DNA of 39,098 bases from Octopus bimaculoides (taxonomy: Eukaryota), in NCBI RefSeq assembly GCF_001194135.2, contig NC_068984.1, forward strand, positions 113,149,976 through 113,189,073. The letters run 5' to 3'. The notes beneath the pieces were generated by a model, which was not told the origin of the DNA, did not search any database, and saw only the letters and a list, made by a program, of their open reading frames with translations. Positions 32,233 to 39,098 of the stretch are shown in pieces; within the stretch, counting starts at the first letter, position 1, and every line of letters starts with the position of its first letter. A program made the translations under genes and the position numbers.

Positions 32233-33556
32233 NNNNNNNNNNNNNNNNNNNNNNNNNNNNNNNNNNNNNNNNNNNNNNNNNNNNNNNNNNNNNNNNNNNN
32301 NNNNNNNNNNNNNNNNNNNNNNNNNNNNNNNNNNNNNNNNNNNNNNNNNNNNNNNNNNNNNNNNNNNNNNNNNNNNNNNNNNNNNNNNNNNNNNNNNNNN
32401 NNNNNNNNNNNNNNNNNNNNNNNNNNNNNNNNNNNNNNNNNNNNNNNNNNNNNNNNNNNNNNNNNNNNNNNNNNNNNNNNNNNNNNNNNNNNNNNNNNNN
32501 NNNNNNNNNNNNNNNNNNNNNNNNNNNNNNNNNNNNNNNNNNNNNNNNNNNNNNNNNNNNNNNNNNNNNNNNNNNNNNNNNNNNNNNNNNNNNNNNNNNN
32601 NNNNNNNNNNNNNNNNNNNNNNNNNNNNNNNNNNNNNNNNNNNNNNNNNNNNNNNNNNNNNNNNNNNNNNNNNNNNNNNNNNNNNNNNNNNNNNNNNNNN
32701 NNNNNNNNNNNNNNNNNNNNNNNNNNNNNNNNNNNNNNNNNNNNNNNNNNNNNNNNNNNNNNNNNNNNNNNNNNNNNNNNNNNNNNNNNNNNNNNNNNNN
32801 NNNNNNNNNNNNNNNNNNNNNNNNNNNNNNNNNNNNNNNNNNNNNNNNNNNNNNNNNNNNNNNNNNNNNNNNNNNNNNNNNNNNNNNNNNNNNNNNNNNN
32901 NNNNNNNNNNNNNNNNNNNNNNNNNNNNNNNNNNNNNNNNNNNNNNNNNNNNNNNNNNNNNNNNNNNNNNNNNNNNNNNNNNNNNNNNNNNNNNNNNNNN
33001 NNNNNNNNNNNNNNNNNNNNNNNNNNNNNNNNNNNNNNNNNNNNNNNNNNNNNNNNNNNNNNNNNNNNNNNNNNNNCACCCCACCCCACCCCCGAAACTC
33101 CCACTTTGAAACCGCAAACTTGCAACTTTTACAGAGGAGCACTAACCACGAAGGCCATGGTGAGGTTATGAATACAAGCCGCTCCGCCACACCCAACCAA
33201 TATATGTACAATTATGGAATCATAAACACCCGACATACTGTTGGTCATTATTTCCAAAACTGAGCGTTTCCACAAAGGATTAAATATTTGTATTTTTAAA
33301 CGCAATGTCATAAATAAAAGTATTCAGAAACAAGTGCTGAAATTGATAGGACACTCTTTGAAATTTCCTGCGTCATTATTTTCTATGATATGCACACCAA
33401 AAAGTAAGCAGCCAGTCGGTGGTGTAAAGGAACGCAAACTTTGATTGCTATATCCTCTGTAAAGACAATAAAAACGTGAAAGTATCGTATATAATGCAGC
33501 AATGAATACCTGAATGCTACCTGTACATCTCTAGTTACTTGTAGAAGGTTAAATTG

Positions 33557-33600
33557 CGCTACTTGTACAAGATCTAATTACGCTACTTGTACAAGATCTA
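33557..33600. repeat. Short tandem duplication (24-bp period)
   Basis: CGCTACTTGTACAAGATCTA at 33557-33576 and 33581-33600. Confidence 0.9.
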
Positions 33601-33882
33601 GTTTACTTTAATCCATATTGGATTTTGTGAACTAATAATATATATTTTCAAACTTAGTATTTTATCAATGCTGTATGAAACCCTTTAAGTAAATGGCCTT
33701 CCCACACAAAACAACCAAAAGCTTCAGAACTAGAAATATAGCACAAATATGTCATGCACACTTGTATGATTATTCAAGTAATGTGATCTGGAACAATGTT
33801 GGATGACAAAAATTTCCAAAATTTCCAGTTGGTTTACAGATTAAGTAAATACACTTCGTATGCTATACTTTATTTTAATAAT

Positions 33883-34248
33883 GTTGGCACTCCGTCGAAG
33901 GTTCCAGTTGATCGGATCAACGGAACAGCCTGCTCGTGAAATTGACGTGAAAGTGGCTGAGCACTCCACAGGCATGTGTACCCTTAACGTAGTTCTCGGG
34001 GATATTCAGCGTGAAACAGTGTGACAAGGCTGACTCTTTGAATTACAGGCACAACAGAAACAGGAAGTAAGAGAAAGTTGTGGTGAAAGAGTACAGTAGG
34101 GTTCGCCACCATCACCTGCCGGAGCCTCGTGGAGCTTTTAGGTGTTTTCGCTCAATAAACACTCACAACGCCCGGTCTGGGAATCGAAACCGCGATCCTA
34201 TGACCGTGAGTCCGCTGCCCTAACCACTGGGCCATTGCGCCTCCACTG
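33883..34248 (-). mobile_element. SINE family C, full length, with 10-bp TSD
   Basis: Reverse complement is colinear with 24135-24517; TTTTAATAAT at 33873-33882 and 34249-34258. Confidence 0.95.
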
Positions 34249-34839
34249 TTTTAATAATACTAAAGCGCTAAAGATGTTTGTGTGTCCCCGAAATATGTCA
34301 GAAATAGTATATTTTATCTTAATGCTTTTCGCATATTTATTTTCATACTTACCTTCGGCACTGCAGTACATATTTTTGTGATATCTGGACCTCTGTTTAT
34401 TAATGAAAACGAATAAACTCAATTTTTGCTTGTTATTTCTTGACGAAAAAAATAAAACAAATATGGTTTCCGTGACGTCAATACACACATACAGAATACA
34501 CACACATATAATGAATGTCATGGCGTGTCAATCAACACAAACACACGCCCACTATCTGTGACATAAGAAATAAGAAACTTCGACTTTTTGATATACACAA
34601 TATTTTAATCATTTAGAAATGTGATTTCAAAAATAAGTATTTGTATATTAGCTTTCTTTAAACAGACAATATTTAATGTGTTTTCTTAATTATTTTCAAG
34701 TGAATGGCGATCTTTCGCTTGTTATCCAGAGTTCGTTAATTTCCGTAAATTTCTTTTTATTTATTTACATTTGTTTTGAAGTGAAAGAGAGGAGAAAGGG
34801 AAAGATGTATGTACGTGTATATGAAATGGACGTGTGTGT

Positions 34840-35099
34840 GAAAGAGAGAAAGAGAGAGAGAGAAGAGAGAGAGAAAGAGAGAGAGAGAAAGAGAGAGAGA
34901 GAAAGAGAGAGAGATTGAGAGAGAGATTGAGTGAAGGGGAGTGCTGTCATGTATACGTACATACGTCAATACATATGCGTACGTCTTTTTTGTATGTACG
35001 TGTGCATGTGAGTGTGCGTGTGTGTGTGTGTGTGTGTGTGAGACAGAGAGAGAGAGAGAGAGTGAGTGAACGTGTGTGTTCTCATGTATGTGTAAGTGG

Positions 35100-35151
<52 letters not shown>
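34840..35151. repeat. (GA)n/(GT)n/(CT)n microsatellite block
   Basis: Direct reading. Confidence 0.95.
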
Positions 35152-36324
35152 NNNNNNNNNNNNNNNNNNNNNNNNNNNNNNNNNNNNNNNNNNNNNNNNN
35201 NNNNNNNNNNNNNNNNNNNNNNNNNNNNNNNNNNNNNNNNNNNNNNNNNNNNNNNNNNNNNNNNNNNNNNNNNNNNNNNNNNNNNNNNNNNNNNNNNNNN
35301 NNNNNNNNNNNNNNNNNNNNNNNNNNNNNNNNNNNNNNNNNNNNNNNNNNNNNNNNNNNNNNNNNNNNNNNNNNNNNNNNNNNNNNNNNNNNNNNNNNNN
35401 NNNNNNNNNNNNNNNNNNNNNNNNNNNNNNNNNNNNNNNNNNNNNNNNNNNNNNNNNNNNNNNNNNNNNNNNNNNNNNNNNNNNNNNNNNNNNNNNNNNN
35501 NNNNNNNNNNNNNNNNNNNNNNNNNNNNNNNNNNNNNNNNNNNNNNNNNNNNNNNNNNNNNNNNNNNNNNNNNNNNNNNNNNNNNNNNNNNNNNNNNNNN
35601 NNNNNNNNNNNNNNNNNNNNGCATGGGAAATAACCTGGAAAAAAAACCCCACGAAATAAAACTCCGTTGCTGGGAAATTCAGACTTTCCAGATGACCCAA
35701 CGGCTCACGGACAGGGAATTTTTTTCTAGGTTCGCAGTTACGATAATGTCAGTTGTTATGTAATGATTTTATTTTAAACCTGCTCAGTGCGTAAATTAAT
35801 TCTCTGTGTTATTATAATTAAGTGAGTAATGAATCACAAAACAAATAATCAAAACATTTCAGAACTGGGCGCACCGAAATTATCTTTACCCCCAGGCGTC
35901 AAGAACTTTTTCTAGTCTATAATGTAACTCGTTCTCCCAGAAAATGTACTGGAAGAAAAGGTAATGCAGATAGGCTGCACTAAATACGAGGGCGTTGGAC
36001 AGTAAAACTTTGTATACTATATGCCAAAGTTTTGCCTAGATCAGGTCAAAGCCAATTCCATCAAAAGCTGATGGAAACCTGATATTAGGTTAGTGGAGAT
36101 AAAGTTGGATTCGATAAGAATTTTTCCGTTGAAAGATAAAGAACAAAGACTTAGGGACATGTTCACTTTTTCTTTTCTGTATTTATCTTTATTTTTATAT
36201 ATAATCATTTGTACACATTTTTATAATGCGCCATATTTGCGTATATTCATAGGTCCAAAATAGTATATTATAAACTACCAACTCTACCTCCCAAAGACAC
36301 GAGGGTTAAATTTTCTAAATAGTG

Positions 36325-36808
36325 AAAGATAGAGAAATAATTATTTTTATTCTCAAACGCGGGATAATGCTAATAAATAGTGTGATCAGGATAAATTATC
36401 CATACATTGTAGAAAAAATACGTTACCGGCCAGCCATGAGACTCGAACTCACATCCCTGTGATTACGCGTCAACACCAGGAACGATTAACTCCTAGTGAG
36501 ACATCTACAGACCAGCTAAACTTTACGCCTACCTATATTCTTTTGTGAAACATTAATGTAAGCGATAAACAAATTTCTCTGCTAACAACACCATGATCTA
36601 AAGTTGACACACCTAAATGAACACACATAATCCCAGACTTACACGCTTGGCTGATAACCTACACGTTCAGAAAACAAACAAGTGAAATCTAAATAGCACC
36701 AACGATAAGTAGCAAAAACTGCTGACCAGCCTTTCCGCCTACATACATTCTCTTATGAATCCTTAAAATCTCCATGACCTAATAGCTGATACACCTAAAT
36801 AAACACAC
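36325..36808 (-). mobile_element. Family F repeat: tRNA-like cassette (about 36428-36520) with AT-rich tail and duplicated upstream leader
   Basis: Minus strand TTTAGCTGGTCTG...TGACGCGTAATCA...GTGAGTTCGAGTCTCATGGCTGGC (B box GTTCGAGTC); 36510-36628 is repeated, diverged, at 36725-36808. Confidence 0.6.
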
Positions 36809-36992
36809 AAAGGTTTAAATGCGGGATTAAAGTTTGGACCATAGCCTTTACATTTTCAAAACAAAACATTTAATCTTTCAGTGTACCTTTCCATCACAAT
36901 CGACCCGAAAACCTAATTATCATTCAATAGGGCTTCACCTATCCCACAAAGTTTTAACTTAAGAGAGACTATATATAGCCAAGAAGAATCCA

Positions 36993-37054
36993 AATGTGTA
37001 GTAATCTGACGAGGCTTAGTAGGCCGAAACTTGGAAGTCACAGTCAATACCATT
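36993..37054 (+). ncRNA. Type I hammerhead ribozyme with intact catalytic core
   Basis: CTGACGA (37006-37012), stem II GGCTT/AGGCC, GAAAC (37026-37030), near-palindromic stem III ACTT-GG-AAGT, GUC site at 37037-37039, distal stem I AATG(T)GTA/TACCATT. Confidence 0.75.
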
Positions 37055-37455
37055 CTTGTTTGCGTGCGTATGTGTGTAAATGTGTGTGTATGACTTGCAA
37101 AGCATTTGGCTTTATTCGGGGATATTTACTTCAGAGTAAAGAGTACAAATACAATATAAAGCATAGAACAGTTATGGTAGATGAACAGAGTCTCTTACAT
37201 TTGTTTCTGGAATACCTTAGTAAGTTAAGCATGTTAATGTATGACGAAATGATGTAATCAAAGAAACCCGTCATCAGAGAGATCGAGGTAAAGCGATATA
37301 GAAAGACAGATCTTTAACTGAGGATATCAGTAGTCATCAATAATAATGAGAGGTATTATGTAATTCCGTGATTAAAGAATTAATGGATTAAAGAAGTTAT
37401 AGAATTTATGAAGTCTTATAAAGTATATGACCCGTATATGAGTGTTTTATTTCAC

Positions 37456-37483
37456 CAGGCAGTGGCTCTCATGCCACTGCCTG
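37456..37483. other. Perfect 11-bp GC-rich hairpin
   Basis: CAGGCAGTGGC-TCTCAT-GCCACTGCCTG. Confidence 0.9.
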
Positions 37484-37537
37484 ATACTGCATGTATGTAT
37501 GGAAGTATGTATGTATTCATGTATGTATGTATGTATG

Positions 37538-37940
37538 CCTCTTCTATTTTCTAATTAATATAAATCTTCCACTGAGGAGGGAGCCGGCTTCCAACAAAAA
37601 TACAAGGGCCCATCTTTCGGGTGTAGTTAACACAGACAAATTCACATTTGGAACTTGAGAAATGTTTTGCATATTCTTACTGTTCCACTCACAGATTGCA
37701 CTTGCAATGTACAAATTAGCCGGTCGATTTCTCCTTATGAAAATCCCAATTCATCCAGATTCTCCTTTAAGCATTTGCTAAGAAAGCCTAGTGCTCCAAT
37801 TCTTATTGGTACGAATATGAATTCATATTCTGGGTATAGAAGCTGGAGGTTTCGAAGCAGTTGTCCATAGATATCCTCTTTTTCTTTGATTTTCAAAGAG
37901 ATGTTTATATCTGCAGGGCAGCTGACTTCTATGACGGTAC
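37538..37940 (-). mobile_element. 5'-truncated RLE-type non-LTR retrotransposon (second family), flanked by (CATA)n
   Basis: TVIEVSCPADINISLKIKEKEDIYGQLLRNLQLLYPEYEFIFVPIRIGALG...GTVRICKTFLKF, stop at 37642-37644, then a 3' UTR and (CATA)n. Confidence 0.85.
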
Positions 37941-37969
37941 ATACATATGTATGTATGTATGTATGTATG

Positions 37970-38090
37970 TATGTGTGGGTGTTTTTTCAAAACACTGTCT
38001 GGTTTAAAAAGCCACATCAGACGCCATGAAAGGGCTAAGGTGTAGGTGCAGGAGGTGGTCAAACTCTGTTTAAGGAGTAGACAACCACCA
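37970..38090 (+). mobile_element. RTE-like LINE 3' end (terminal C2H2-like motif plus short UTR) with (ATGT)n tail
   Basis: CGCFFKTLSGLKSHIRRH-ERAKV-stop, then CAGGAGGTGGTC...ACAACCAC(CATGTATGT)n; clade assignment is from motif memory. Confidence 0.6.
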
Positions 38091-38490
38091 TGTATGTATG
38101 TATGTATGTATGTATGTATGCATGCATGTATATGTACTCATGTGTGTGCGTGTGTGATTGAATGTGCATGTACCTATATATATGTATCAATATATATGTG
38201 TAAACGTGTACATATATTATATATATATATATATATAAATAGCTGATATTTGCTTAATTTGGAGAGTATGGAGAAACATGAGCATCCCTGGTTCGAAAAA
38301 ATCAGTAACCTACAGTCTTTAGAAATAAACATTTAGGAAAATCGATGTTATACCTGCATACATGCACTATATNNNNNNNNNNNNNNNNNNNNNNNNNNNN
38401 NNNNNNNNNNNNNNNNNNNNNNNNNNNNNNNNNNNNNNNNNNNNNNNNNNNNNNNNNNNNNNNNNNNNNNNNNNNNNNNNNNNNNNNNNN

Positions 38491-38526
<36 letters not shown>

Positions 38527-38574
38527 TACACACACACACACACATGTGTGTGTGTGTATGTGTGTGTGTGTATA

Positions 38575-38607
<33 letters not shown>

Positions 38608-38770
38608 ATCTATATATGCATATGAGCATATGCCTTTGTGTGTATGGTGTATATATATATATATATATGATTTCAAAGCTAAGAATACAGGCTTGTAATA
38701 GACAGACAGACAGATAGATAAACAGATGGATAGATAGATAGATAGATAGATAGTTAGATAGATAGATAGA
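38090..38770. repeat. (ATGT)n/(AT)n/(CA)n/(TG)n/(GATA)n blocks with a gap
   Basis: Direct reading. Confidence 0.92.
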
Positions 38771-39098
38771 TTCTTATCAAATACAGTAATTGTTTGGATG
38801 CATGCAGGAGAATTAACAATTTCAATTACCAAAGACTAGTTGACTTCAATTTCGTTAAATGTTGTCCGTAATTATTTGAGCCCTAATTTCTTGCCTGAGG
38901 GAGATGACAATGGAATGAGATTCTTGTAATTACCATCTTGTTTAAATATAAATTCCCTTTGGCTAGGTCCTAGTTTACTGCTGTTATTATTGTTATTTGA
39001 AATTAATTATCATAATCACCATATCGGTGTACAAATACTCGGCGCAGAGAATAGAGTGCATGTGACACTTGTAACAGATGTTGCTTGCCTCTATATAT

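Noticed and set aside
33135-33159. 25-nt segment with ACAG acceptor and GTGAGG donor
   Set aside because: Too short and isolated to support without transcript data.
35984-36010. TACGAGGGCGTT resembling a mariner left TIR
   Set aside because: No matching right TIR or transposase text nearby.
37695-37808. Plus-strand symmetric 114-nt exon-like segment (DCTCNVQISRSISPY...)
   Set aside because: It is the antisense strand of a clear RLE LINE coding relic.

Overview
Eukaryotic, AT-rich, repeat-dominated draft-assembly window with many N gaps. The tRNA-derived SINE families and extreme microsatellite density suggest an octopod cephalopod (inference, not checked against a database). There is no intact long ORF; nearly all ORFs in the supplied track are microsatellite or gap read-throughs or retroelement relics. 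Contents: at least six SINE-type families (labelled A-F here); four fragments of a TAA-repeat-associated R4/Dong-clade LINE, including an internally deleted copy that keeps both ends; a second RLE-type LINE flanked by (CATA)n; an L1/Tx1 3' end; an RTE-like 3' end; a mariner relic; and several Penelope-like element (PLE) relics. Five hammerhead-ribozyme-like motifs sit at or near PLE-like 3' ends, one with a fully intact catalytic core (36993-37054). The best-preserved PLE carries a 73-nt tRNA-Arg-like cassette just upstream of its hammerhead. Three or four very short plus-strand candidate exons (11.9-14.9 kb) splice in phase into a plausible C-terminus followed by AATAAA, suggesting the 3' end of a host gene invisible to the ORF track. 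Most boundaries were read by eye and are approximate.
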